Origin: an uncultured Caulobacteraceae bacterium
Lineage (GTDB): Bacteria; Pseudomonadota; Alphaproteobacteria; Caulobacterales; Caulobacteraceae
DNA: 49,728 nucleotides
Direction: 5' to 3'
Assembly: GCA_964600375.1 (NCBI GenBank)
Contig: CAZRKY010000001.1
Location: 1 to 49,728 of the forward strand
This document shows positions 41,854-49,728 of this stretch, in pieces. Made by a program: the position numbers and the translations under genes. Within the stretch, counting starts at the first letter, position 1. Each line of letters starts with the position of its first letter. The notes beneath the pieces were generated by a model that ran no database searches, was not told where the DNA came from, and was given only the letters and a program-made list of their open reading frames with translations.

Positions 41854-43474
41854 ATCCCAGCACTGCGCGCTGGTCGCTCCAAGCCGCCGGCAGGGGTTGG
41901 TTGAGGAGCCCATGCAGGGTGAGCCCCCGGGGTTGGCGACCCTCAAGGATCGCGGACTGGATATCGGGGGCCAGGAAGGCTATCCGGATCAGGATCCGGT
42001 CGTAGGCGCTCTGGGGGGCTTCACCCATCCCCCCTCGGGGCCCGGACCGCCCCCCGCGCAGAAGGGCATGGGCAGCTTTGAGGCCTGCGATCAGGGTGGG
42101 GTCTGGCTTAGCGCAGTCCCTTTTCCCGAAGGGGTCCGAGAGCCAAACGCGCCCCCCCCGGACCTTCAGGCGGATGGGCAGGGTGAAGATCAGGAGTCCC
42201 GCGTCATCCGCCAGCCTAAGGGTCTCCCCCGACTGCAGGTTGGGACGCAGCATCTCCAGGGCAGCTTCGCGTCCCGGACCCTTGCGGGACAACGCTTCCC
42301 GCTTGATCAGCAGGGTGATTTGCTGGGGCAGGATATCGACCCGCCCGATCAGTCTCGCAATCGTCCCGGACGCTTGTCCCGTAAGCCTCTGGAGACTTGC
42401 GATGACCAGATCCTCGATGGCGTCGGAAGGGACCCTCCGGATCGTCTCAGGGTCAGGGGGGAGGGGTTCACCCCTCAGGAGGGAGGTGCTGACGTAGTAT
42501 CGATAGATCTTGCTGGGACCCTTGCGGGTGAAGCAGGGGGACATCGGTTGACCCCTGTCATCAAACAGGAGTCCCTTGAGGATCATGGGTCTGACGGTGG
42601 TCGTGCGTCCCTTTCGCTCCCGGGTCCTGTCGCGAATTCCCTGCTGCACCCGTTCGAACGTATCTGGGTCGATGATGGGGGGATGGGCACCCGGGTAGCT
42701 GAGGGTCTTGTGGGGGATGTGACCCAAGTAGACCCGGTTCTTCAGGAGGTGGAACAGGGCGCCCCTGCTGAAGGTGGCGCCCCCCATTTGTCGGCCGCGG
42801 GTCGACGTCCAGGACTTGGATCGAATACCCCGCTCCTCAAGCCAGGCCCTCAAGGCGTGGACCGACCCCATGATCAGGTACTGATCGAAGATGAGCCGGA
42901 CGGTCTCCGCCTCGGCGGGATTGATGACCAGAGCCCGGGTCTGCGGATCGTTCGGAGGGTCGTAGCCGAGGGGTAGGTTGCCCCCCATCCACATGCCTCT
43001 CGCCTTGGAGGCTGCGATCTTGTCGCGGATCCGCTCTCCGGTGACCTCGCGCTCGAACTGGGCAAAGGACAGCAGCACATTGAGGGTCAGGCGCCCCATC
43101 GAGGTGGTCGTGTTGAACGCCTGTGTGACCGACACAAAGCTTGAACCGGCCTTGTCGAGGATATCGACGATGCGGGCGAAGTCGGTGAGCGAGCGGGTCA
43201 GGCGGTCGACCTTGTAGACCACGATGACGTCGATCAGACCCTTGCTCACGTCAGCCATCAACTGGGTCAGGGCGGGGCGGTCCATACTCCCCCCTGAGAA
43301 CCCCCCGTCATCGTAGATGGTCGAGAGCGCCACCCACCCTTCCCCAGCCTGCGACAGGACGTAGGCCTCGCAGGCTTCTCGCTGGGCGTGCAGGCTGTTG
43401 AACCCCTGCTCGAGGCCTTCCTCAGAGCTCTTGCGAGTGTAGATCGCGCACCGCACGCGGCCGGGAGCCTTCAT
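41846..43474 (-). CDS. large serine recombinase (resolvase/invertase N-domain + recombinase + zinc-ribbon domains)
   Basis: 542 aa from the ATG at 43474 (SD GGGAGGAG). Catalytic region RCAIYTRKSSEEG...YKVDRLTRS... Confidence 0.9.
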   Translation of the reverse strand: MKAPGRVRCAIYTRKSSEEGLEQGFNSLHAQREACEAYVLSQAGEGWVALSTIYDDGGFSGGSMDRPALTQLMADVSKGLIDVIVVYKVDRLTRSLTDFARIVDILDKAGSSFVSVTQAFNTTTSMGRLTLNVLLSFAQFEREVTGERIRDKIAASKARGMWMGGNLPLGYDPPNDPQTRALVINPAEAETVRLIFDQYLIMGSVHALRAWLEERGIRSKSWTSTRGRQMGGATFSRGALFHLLKNRVYLGHIPHKTLSYPGAHPPIIDPDTFERVQQGIRDRTRERKGRTTTVRPMILKGLLFDDRGQPMSPCFTRKGPSKIYRYYVSTSLLRGEPLPPDPETIRRVPSDAIEDLVIASLQRLTGQASGTIARLIGRVDILPQQITLLIKREALSRKGPGREAALEMLRPNLQSGETLRLADDAGLLIFTLPIRLKVRGGRVWLSDPFGKRDCAKPDPTLIAGLKAAHALLRGGRSGPRGGMGEAPQSAYDRILIRIAFLAPDIQSAILEGRQPRGLTLHGLLNQPLPAAWSDQRAVLGFP

Positions 43475-43878
43475 GGCTGCTCCTCCCGAAGCCCGAAGAA
43501 CCGGGGTCCGTTCCACTTGGTCCCAGTGATCGCGCGGGCGACGGCGGATAGGCTCGGGTAGGTCTCGCCCTCCCAGACGAACCCGTCGGCGGTCGTCTCC
43601 ACGTCGTGGCACCGGCCCTGCCATTCCCTGGTGATCTTCAACCCGACAGACAGCCGCGAGGGGCCCGCCGCGGGCCTGGGCTGCCGAAGGACGCGTCGCA
43701 CCGACGAGGGGATATCGCCCCAGGCGTCAGACTGGATGCGCCAGGCCAGCAGGAGGCAGAGAAGCTCTTTGGAGCGGAGCCGAGGTGGCTCACCAATGCG
43801 TTCGCGCCAGACCCTGCGCAGGCCCTCGAGGTCCAGGCGTTCGAGCGCCTGGACCTCCGTTGTGATCGCATCAGCCAT
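43471..43878 (-). CDS. DUF2924 domain protein (recombinase-associated)
   Basis: 135 aa from the ATG at 43878. Pattern LEGLRRVWRERIGEPPRLRSKELL...ITGTKWNGPRFFGL. Overlaps both neighbouring genes. Confidence 0.8.
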   Translation of the reverse strand: MADAITTEVQALERLDLEGLRRVWRERIGEPPRLRSKELLCLLLAWRIQSDAWGDIPSSVRRVLRQPRPAAGPSRLSVGLKITREWQGRCHDVETTADGFVWEGETYPSLSAVARAITGTKWNGPRFFGLREEQP

Positions 43879-44210
43879 CAGTCGGCCTTCGGGGCGATCC
43901 GGTAGATGCGTTGGCCGTCGACCTTCTCCGAGGCGACGTCGTGGCCGAGCTTCTTCTTGATGGACCCGGCCAGGGCGCCGCGCACCGAGTGGGCTTGCCA
44001 CGAGGTCGCTTCGATCGCCTGAGCGATGGTCATGCCTTCGGCGCGCTGGAGCAGATCGATCAGGATCGCGAGCTTGCTCTTGGGGCGCTCAGTCACCGTC
44101 GGGGTCGCGGCGGCAGAGGGCTGGGGTTGGTCGTCGGGCGTACGAGGTGCGGCCTTCTTGGGGGTGGCCTTGGCTTGCTTGGCGCACGGCGCAGTCTTGG
44201 GCTTGGTCAT
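43878..44210 (-). CDS. DUF3489 domain protein
   Basis: 110 aa. Lys/Pro-rich N-terminus followed by SKLAILIDLLQRAEGMTIAQAIEATSWQAHSVRGALAG, a winged-helix-like segment. Confidence 0.78.
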   Translation of the reverse strand: MTKPKTAPCAKQAKATPKKAAPRTPDDQPQPSAAATPTVTERPKSKLAILIDLLQRAEGMTIAQAIEATSWQAHSVRGALAGSIKKKLGHDVASEKVDGQRIYRIAPKAD

Positions 44211-44423
44211 GGTGTCCTCGTCTTTGCGTGAGGCGCGACTGCCGCGCCCCTACTGAGACGAGCCCGGGCGGACCGGGCTTGAGGACGACGTGACCAACGC
44301 TCCCTTCAGCGCCGAAGTCGAGTGCAGAAATTGGCATTCACTTTTGTGCGCGATCCTAGTCTGCGAATCGGGCAGAATGTTCGCAATATGTTCTGGCATT
44401 GCTACGCTTGAGGGGGCGGCTCA

Positions 44424-45056
44424 ATGGAAACGGTTGAAGTGGCAGATTTCCGTCACGCCACTGCGTACCTGGTGGGCCGCATGGCCTATCCGGCTCCTTC
44501 GGAGATCCTGCGCGCGGAGCGGGCCGCCGGTATTCTCGCTGCGCATCAACTGGCGCGACGCCGGCCGGCGGATTTCGACTGGCGCGATGCACCGCAGGAA
44601 ATCTCACAGATCCTCTGCATTGGCCGCCGGCCACCCAAAGATCGGTTTGTCGAGCGCCTCAATCATCGAATGTTTGCCGCACAGGTCGCCGGGCCACTCA
44701 TCGCTCGCGAACTTGGGCTAGAGCTGCCGAAGAACGCGCCCACCTCTCTTGGCGAGTCCATCGACCAAGCCTTGGTCGATCGCGAAGGCAACGACGATGA
44801 CAATTTCAAAGGCCGCATCTGGAACCCATCCTTCCCGATGCTTCACTACGCCTTGGCTTTCGCCATGCTCTCCAAGCGCATCCTGGATGAAGGCAACATG
44901 CCTCACGACGGGATCATTGGGTTAGCTTCAAGCCGAGTGTTCTTCGACGCTTGGCTGAAGGCTGCCGCTGCCTTGAAGCCGGTGATTGAACGCCTGTGGT
45001 CCAGGCACGTGGCGCACAACCCGCTTAGGGACGTTCAGTTCGCAATCGCCGCCTGA
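44424..45056 (+). CDS. hypothetical protein (island cargo, no recognisable domain)
   Basis: 210-aa ORF in the lowest-GC stretch of the window. No competing ORF of similar quality overlaps it. Confidence 0.55.
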   Translation: METVEVADFRHATAYLVGRMAYPAPSEILRAERAAGILAAHQLARRRPADFDWRDAPQEISQILCIGRRPPKDRFVERLNHRMFAAQVAGPLIARELGLELPKNAPTSLGESIDQALVDREGNDDDNFKGRIWNPSFPMLHYALAFAMLSKRILDEGNMPHDGIIGLASSRVFFDAWLKAAAALKPVIERLWSRHVAHNPLRDVQFAIAA

Positions 45057-45125
45057 TTGGCAAAAAGTGACCCCCGATCCGGGGTGGATCTTCTGGCCTG
45101 ATGCCCCGCAGCAGCGGAGGCCGCC

Positions 45126-46472
45126 ATGGCACAGAAGACCCACCCCAGCCCGATCCGTACGCTCAGCGTAGAGAGCGTCCCGATCAACCAACTGACGCTC
45201 GACGAGCTCAATCCTCGCATCCATCGCCCGGCGCACGTCCGGCAGATCGCCGAGAGCATCCGGGTCACCGGATACAATGCGCCGATCCTGATTGATCGGG
45301 ACGGCAAGGTTCTCTCTGGCCACGGTCGTGTGAAGGCGTGTCTGCTGCTCGGCCTTACCGAAATCCCCGCGATCAGATTGGAGCATCTCACGCCGGAACA
45401 GGCGCGGGCTTTCTCGATCGCCGAGAACCGGCTCGTTGAAGCTGGCGAGTGGGACAAGCGCGTCCTGGCCAACCATTTCAAGGCGCTCTGCGCGGTCGAC
45501 CTTGATTTCAGTCTGGAGGTTACCGGCTTCTCGACGCCAGAGATCGACCTGATGATCGAAGGCCTGGACCTCGACGGCTCTGGCGCTGACCCGGACGATG
45601 AGATGCTGGAGCCGGCGTTGAAGACGGTCACGCGCCCAGGTGACTTGTGGACTCTTGGCCGCCATCGGCTGCTGTGCGGCAACGCGCTGCAGCGTGAAAG
45701 CTACCTCACCCTGCTCGATGGACGCCTCGCCGACGTCGTGTTCAGCGACCCGCCCTACAACGTCCGGATTCAAGGTCACGTCAGCGGCAAGGGTCGCAGG
45801 CGACACCGAGAGTTTGCAATGGCGTCAGGTGAGATGTCGGACGCGGAGTTCGCGACCTTCCTGACCCAGGCGGCGCAACTGATGGCGGCTCACAGCCGCG
45901 ACGGCTCAGTCCATTTCCTCTGCATCGACTGGCGCCACCTCTTCACCCTGATCTCCGCGGGGAGGGCGGCATACGACGACCTGCTGAACCTCTGCGTCTG
46001 GACCAAGAACAACGGCGGGATGGGGTCTCTTTACCGTTCGGCCCACGAGTTCGTGGCGGTGTTCCGCAAGGGTCCCGGGCCCCACCGGAACAACGTCGAA
46101 CTGGGACGCCACGGCCGCAATCGAACCAACGTCTGGGCCTACCCGGGAGCCAATAGCTTCGTGCGTTCCTCGGAGGAGGGGGATCTCCTCGCCCAACATC
46201 CGACGCCCAAGCCCGTGCAGATGGTCGCGGACGCCTTGCTGGACGTGTCGGCTCGCGCAGACGTCGTTCTCGATCCCTTCGTCGGCTCCGGCTCGACCTT
46301 GGTCGCCGCGGAGCGGGTCGGGCGTGTCTGCTGCGGCATGGACCTCGATCCCGCCTACATCGATCTCGCGATCCGCAGGTGGGAACGACTGACCGGTGAA
46401 GCCGCGATCCTGGGCGCCACCGGCGAAACCTTCAGCCAGCGCCTGGAGGAGCCGTCCGATGCCGAAATCTAG
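45126..46472 (+). CDS. ParB-like nuclease domain fused to a beta-class N6A/N4C DNA methyltransferase
   Basis: 448 aa. N-terminal ParB/Srx-like region (LDELNPRIH...GHGRVKA), motif IV SDPPYN, and motif I at the C-terminus (DPFVGSGST). Confidence 0.88.
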   Translation: MAQKTHPSPIRTLSVESVPINQLTLDELNPRIHRPAHVRQIAESIRVTGYNAPILIDRDGKVLSGHGRVKACLLLGLTEIPAIRLEHLTPEQARAFSIAENRLVEAGEWDKRVLANHFKALCAVDLDFSLEVTGFSTPEIDLMIEGLDLDGSGADPDDEMLEPALKTVTRPGDLWTLGRHRLLCGNALQRESYLTLLDGRLADVVFSDPPYNVRIQGHVSGKGRRRHREFAMASGEMSDAEFATFLTQAAQLMAAHSRDGSVHFLCIDWRHLFTLISAGRAAYDDLLNLCVWTKNNGGMGSLYRSAHEFVAVFRKGPGPHRNNVELGRHGRNRTNVWAYPGANSFVRSSEEGDLLAQHPTPKPVQMVADALLDVSARADVVLDPFVGSGSTLVAAERVGRVCCGMDLDPAYIDLAIRRWERLTGEAAILGATGETFSQRLEEPSDAEI

Positions 46473-46857
46473 AGACTACAAGGTCGGCTTCGCTCGTCCG
46501 CCCAAAGCCAGTCAGTTCAAACGCGGACACTCCGGTAATCCGTCTGGGCGCCCGAAAGGCTCGCGCGGCGTGAGCGCCATCATCGCCAAGGCGCTGGCCG
46601 AGAAGGTGGTCGTCACCGAGCAGGGCCAGCGCCGCGAGATCAGCAAGCTGGAGGCCGCCGCCAAGCAGCTCGCCAACCAGGCGGCCGGCGGCGACCAGAG
46701 GGCGGCTAAGCTGGTCATGGGGATGTTGCTGCAGGCTGAGGACAAGGCGTCAGGCGATGCCCCTGAGGTCGACGTGGAGGCCCGCCGTGCACGCGACCGC
46801 GAGGTGATGACCTCGCTGGCCCACCTCCTCACTCAGAAGAAGGAAGCAGACCAATGA
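46459..46857 (+). CDS. DUF5681 protein, putative small terminase subunit
   Basis: 132 aa from the ATG at 46459: MPKSRDYKVGFARPPKASQFKRGHSGNPSGRPKG.... Sits immediately upstream of, and overlaps, the large terminase gene. Confidence 0.7.
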   Translation: MPKSRDYKVGFARPPKASQFKRGHSGNPSGRPKGSRGVSAIIAKALAEKVVVTEQGQRREISKLEAAAKQLANQAAGGDQRAAKLVMGMLLQAEDKASGDAPEVDVEARRARDREVMTSLAHLLTQKKEADQ

Positions 46858-48509
46858 GCGCTGAGTCTGATCTGCCCGCGCGCCTTGCAGAGTACCTGCC
46901 CGACGACATGCTCGAGATCCTGATCCGCAGCGACTTTGCGACCTTTGTGCGCAAGACGTTCGAGACGCTGAACCCGGGTGTGCGGCTGCACTGGTCGCCC
47001 TACCTCGACTACCTCTGCGCCAAGCTTCACGACCTCGCCATGGGTCGCATCAAGCGTCTCATCATCATGATGCCGCCGCGGCACCTGAAGTCCTGCTGCG
47101 CCAACGTCGCGCTCACGGCCTTCTTCCTCGGTCATTTTCCGCAGAAGGACATCATGTCGGTCAGCTACTCAGGCGACCTCGCCAAGGGCTTTGGCGAGGA
47201 TGTCCGCAAGGTCATGCTGAGCGACTGGTATCGAAAGGCGTTCGACACCCGTCTGGCTTCCGTGCGTGCGCCGGCGAGCGCCCTTCGGACCACAGCGGGC
47301 GGAGTACGGCGCGCCACTTCGATCGATGGGACTGCAACCGGTGTAGGTGCGGATCTGCTGATCTTCGACGATCCCCAGAAGCCGGGCGAGATCCTCTCCG
47401 AAGCGGTCCGCAACAACACCAACCACGCCTACGAGAATACCTTCCTGAGCCGGCGCAACGACCCGAACAGCTGTGGCGTCCTGGTCATCATGCAGCGGCT
47501 GCACGAGGAGGATTTCATCGGCCACGTGATGGCTCTTGAGACCGGCTGGGAGTTCGTCCGGCTGCCCGCCATCGCCGAGGACGATGAAGAGGTAACGTAC
47601 ACGTCGGCTCTGGGTGAAAAGGTCTATCAGCGGGCCGAAGGCGAGCCGCTGAACCCGTCGCGCATTTCGCTCGAGGAGTTGGCCAACATCCAGTCCGCTT
47701 CAGGCGAGGCGGTCTGGGCGGCGCAATACCAACAGCGCCCGACGCCGGCTGGCGGCGGGTTGATCAAGCTCGCCTGGTTCCGACGCTACCGGGATGCGCC
47801 CCTCAGGTTCACGCAGATCATCCAATCTTGGGACACCGCATCCAGCATCGCACAATGGTCCTGCTACAGCGTGTGCACGACCTGGGGCGTTGATGGCCAG
47901 GACATCTACCTCCTCGATGTTTATCGTGAGCGTCTCCTTTTCCCTGACCTCAGGCGCGAAATCTGCCGCCTCGCCGAGAAATGGCAGGCGACGGAGGTCA
48001 TCATCGAGGATGCCGCCTCGGGCCAACAGATACTCCAGGACCTTGCTCAAACGGGTTTCCATCTCGCCCGCGGCGTCAAGCCCGTAGGCGACAAGCAGAC
48101 CCGTATGGCCAACCAGACGGCCCTGATCGAATCCGGCCGAGTCCTGATCCCCGAAGAGGCGCCCTGGCTGGCGGAGTTCCTGCATGAACTCGTGATGTTC
48201 CCGAATGGGCGCTACGACGACCAGGTCGACTCTACGTCCCAAGGCCTAGCCCAACTGAACTACCGGCATATCCCCGGCTGGAATGTCCGAGAGTACTACC
48301 GGCAAGAGAGCGAACGCATTCTTGGCAGAGGATCCGGGCCCGACGAGATCCTGCGGATCCAAGGTCCGGAAGGTGTGGGCCAGTCCTACGGGGAAGGCTT
48401 CGACTACCGCCCGCAGCCGGACGGGTATTTCCATATGCGCAAGGACCACGCCATCATGCACTCCGGCAGGATGGGCTGGACGCTCATCGATCAGCCTAGC
48501 GATTGGTGA
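46854..48509 (+). CDS. phage terminase large subunit
   Basis: 551 aa. Deviant Walker A MPPRHLKS, Walker B LLIFDDP, and the C-terminal nuclease motif DDQVDS. Confidence 0.88.
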   Translation: MSAESDLPARLAEYLPDDMLEILIRSDFATFVRKTFETLNPGVRLHWSPYLDYLCAKLHDLAMGRIKRLIIMMPPRHLKSCCANVALTAFFLGHFPQKDIMSVSYSGDLAKGFGEDVRKVMLSDWYRKAFDTRLASVRAPASALRTTAGGVRRATSIDGTATGVGADLLIFDDPQKPGEILSEAVRNNTNHAYENTFLSRRNDPNSCGVLVIMQRLHEEDFIGHVMALETGWEFVRLPAIAEDDEEVTYTSALGEKVYQRAEGEPLNPSRISLEELANIQSASGEAVWAAQYQQRPTPAGGGLIKLAWFRRYRDAPLRFTQIIQSWDTASSIAQWSCYSVCTTWGVDGQDIYLLDVYRERLLFPDLRREICRLAEKWQATEVIIEDAASGQQILQDLAQTGFHLARGVKPVGDKQTRMANQTALIESGRVLIPEEAPWLAEFLHELVMFPNGRYDDQVDSTSQGLAQLNYRHIPGWNVREYYRQESERILGRGSGPDEILRIQGPEGVGQSYGEGFDYRPQPDGYFHMRKDHAIMHSGRMGWTLIDQPSDW

Positions 48510-48717
48510 CTGACCCCTCAGCCCGAGCCGCAAGAACCGACATGGCGCGGGCGAGCACCTCGATGTCGCGCCCCGCTGCGACAAGGACGTCGGCGCGGTT
48601 TGCTGAGGCGCCCTCCACAGCCCTGGAGAGGGCCAGGCCGACGGTGTCTTCCATTATCTCGCCGATGGCCGTCCCCAGCGCACTGAGGCCCGCGCTTGCG
48701 GTTTCCCGATCGATCAT
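48496..48717 (-). CDS. hypothetical small protein downstream of the XRE regulator
   Basis: 73 aa from the ATG at 48717 (SD GAGGAGG). Its 3' end overlaps the terminase 3' end by 14 nt. Confidence 0.5.
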   Translation of the reverse strand: MIDRETASAGLSALGTAIGEIMEDTVGLALSRAVEGASANRADVLVAAGRDIEVLARAMSVLAARAEGSVTNR

Positions 48718-48774
48718 CTCGCGGCCTCCTCGAAGGCGACACACGGGCCGATTTGCGGGGCTAGTCGATGCGGA

Positions 48775-48987
48775 TCATTCGTCCGGCGTCAAAAGGGCTA
48801 CCGGGGTCGATCCCAGGGCCTGGGCGAGCTCGTAGAGGCTGACGATGGTCGGGTTGCGCCGACCGCGCTCAAGGTCGCTGATGTACTGCTGGCCAAACCC
48901 TGAGCGCGCCGACAGCTGCTCCTGGGTCAGCCCCGCCTCTTGCCGAAGCTTCCGGACGTTTCGCCCTACCAGTCGCCGCATATCCAT
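48775..48987 (-). CDS. XRE-family helix-turn-helix transcriptional regulator
   Basis: 70 aa: NVRKLRQEAGLTQEQLSARSGFGQQYISDLERGRRNPT, a canonical HTH_XRE sequence. Confidence 0.88.
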   Translation of the reverse strand: MDMRRLVGRNVRKLRQEAGLTQEQLSARSGFGQQYISDLERGRRNPTIVSLYELAQALGSTPVALLTPDE

Positions 48988-49058
48988 GCGGTCGGGTTTG
49001 ACTGTCTCGGCGAACCGAGTTTATCCACTATAATATGTAGGCGACCGGGGAGTGACCC

Positions 49059-49728
49059 ATGCGGGTATTGGCAGGTCTGTTGGTTGCGGCGCTTCTGACC
49101 GCATCGGGGGAACCCGCTGCCGCCGCTCCTCGCGCTCCGGAGGTCCAGGTAACCACGGACCAGTTCTCCAAGGACGTGATCTTCCTTGGACCCCGGCAAA
49201 TCATCAATCCGTTTGGCGGGACGATCCGGGACTACCGCCTGCGCAGTTGGGTGAACAAGGAGACCAAGGCGGTCGAGCATCAGCTCTATGTCGAGATCAG
49301 CTACACCGGGAGTTGGCGCTGGTACTCCACCGCGGCCGACGATACGGCCCAAGACCTGCCGGTGACGCGGGTCGGCTCAAACGTCTCGTCCTGCTCCTTC
49401 GGGTGTTCGCTGTCCGAAACCGTCGGGGTGGCCCTGACCGATGAAACCCTCCGCCGGCGGGCGGCCAGCGGGATGCAGATCAAGATCAGTGCCCGCAGCG
49501 GTGACGGCTTGATCATCGACCTCTCGGCGCTGCAGATCGGGCTCCAATTGACGGCGATCGATCGGTATCTCGGGGTCAGCACGGCCGCCGACCCGGCCGC
49601 CGCAGTCCTGGTGACCCCAGGAGCAACGCTGGGGGCCGACCTCGGGGCGGACTTCGATGAGGTGCCCAATTATGCCCGGAACCCGTTAACGCGGACGGGT
49701 GGAGCTCTGGTGACCTGGGTAAAGCGAG
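49059..49728 (+). CDS. secreted hypothetical protein, 3' end outside the window
   Basis: Frame-3 ORF absent from the track because it has no stop in the window. My translation begins MRVLAGLLVAALLTASGEPAAAAP (signal peptide) and stays open to 49728. Divergent from the XRE gene, across an AT-rich region with TATAAT. Confidence 0.6.
   Translation, partial: MRVLAGLLVAALLTASGEPAAAAPRAPEVQVTTDQFSKDVIFLGPRQIINPFGGTIRDYRLRSWVNKETKAVEHQLYVEISYTGSWRWYSTAADDTAQDLPVTRVGSNVSSCSFGCSLSETVGVALTDETLRRRAASGMQIKISARSGDGLIIDLSALQIGLQLTAIDRYLGVSTAADPAAAVLVTPGATLGADLGADFDEVPNYARNPLTRTGGALVTWVKR

Larger units (their letters stand above)
41491..48509. mobile_element. integrative element / prophage remnant adjacent to tRNA-Ser (serine recombinase to large terminase)
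   Basis: Recombinase-DUF2924-DUF3489 module, ParB-methyltransferase, and small and large terminase. GC drops locally (41.5-41.85 kb, 44.29-45.06 kb). No portal or capsid genes follow. The right boundary is not identified. Confidence 0.6.

Noticed and set aside
41260-41904. ORFs 41260..41904(+) and 41322..41618(-) overlapping tRNA-Ser
   Set aside because: They run straight through a canonical tRNA gene and the heptamer-repeat region, and show no coding signature.
49052-49444. 130-aa ORF from the track (MTHAGIGRSVGCGASD...)
   Set aside because: The translation is Arg/Gly-rich and off-frame. The overlapping frame starting at ATG 49059 has a clean signal peptide and stays open to the window end, so I annotated that frame instead.
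41491-49728. Direct repeat of the tRNA-Ser 3' end marking the right attachment site of the island
   Set aside because: I looked for CCACTCTCTCCGCCA-like or GGTTCGAATCCC-like segments downstream and found none in the window. The island boundary therefore cannot be called from this sequence.

Overview
High-GC alphaproteobacterial chromosome segment. Gene content and regulatory motifs fit Caulobacterales best (Caulobacter/Phenylobacterium/Brevundimonas-like), but that is an inference, not a database hit. Most of it is housekeeping. Left to right: the tail of an alpha-E/transglutaminase/Anbu-proteasome operon; recQ; a class A PBP; a phaZ plus YgjP-like hydrolase pair; senC divergent from regB-regA; ubiB-ubiE; ald; an FMN-dependent 2-hydroxyacid oxidase; a thioester alpha-2-macroglobulin plus pbpC pair; an MFS transporter with a large periplasmic insert. 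Further right are maiA, a beta carbonic anhydrase, a degenerate class-III aminotransferase-like gene coupled to an aldo/keto reductase, a cobalamin-riboswitch-controlled TonB-dependent receptor, msrA and tRNA-Ser(GGA). Two regions stand out. (1) 26.3-34.7 kb is an expanded general stress response (GSR) island. The core nepR-sigT-phyK / phyR locus is surrounded by small stress-type genes, and I read seven perfect and one imperfect EcfG-type promoters (GGAAC-N16/17-CGTT). One of them drives a roughly 115-nt non-coding RNA with a C8-containing unpaired region and an intrinsic terminator (GsrN-like). (2) Downstream of tRNA-Ser lies a large-serine-recombinase island: recombinase, DUF2924, DUF3489, an orphan gene, a ParB-methyltransferase, and small and large terminase. 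It stops after the terminase and has no structural genes in view. A short motif family (GGAACAGGGA / CAGGGAA / GAACAGG) forms dense arrays, in two cases helically phased, at three non-coding loci: 2.35-2.56 kb, 15.8 kb and the tRNA-recombinase junction at 41.6-41.85 kb. None of the annotated features explains these arrays. Many long ORFs in the track are antisense or off-frame GC artefacts and were rejected. All product calls rest on motifs I recognise by eye, and no searches were run.
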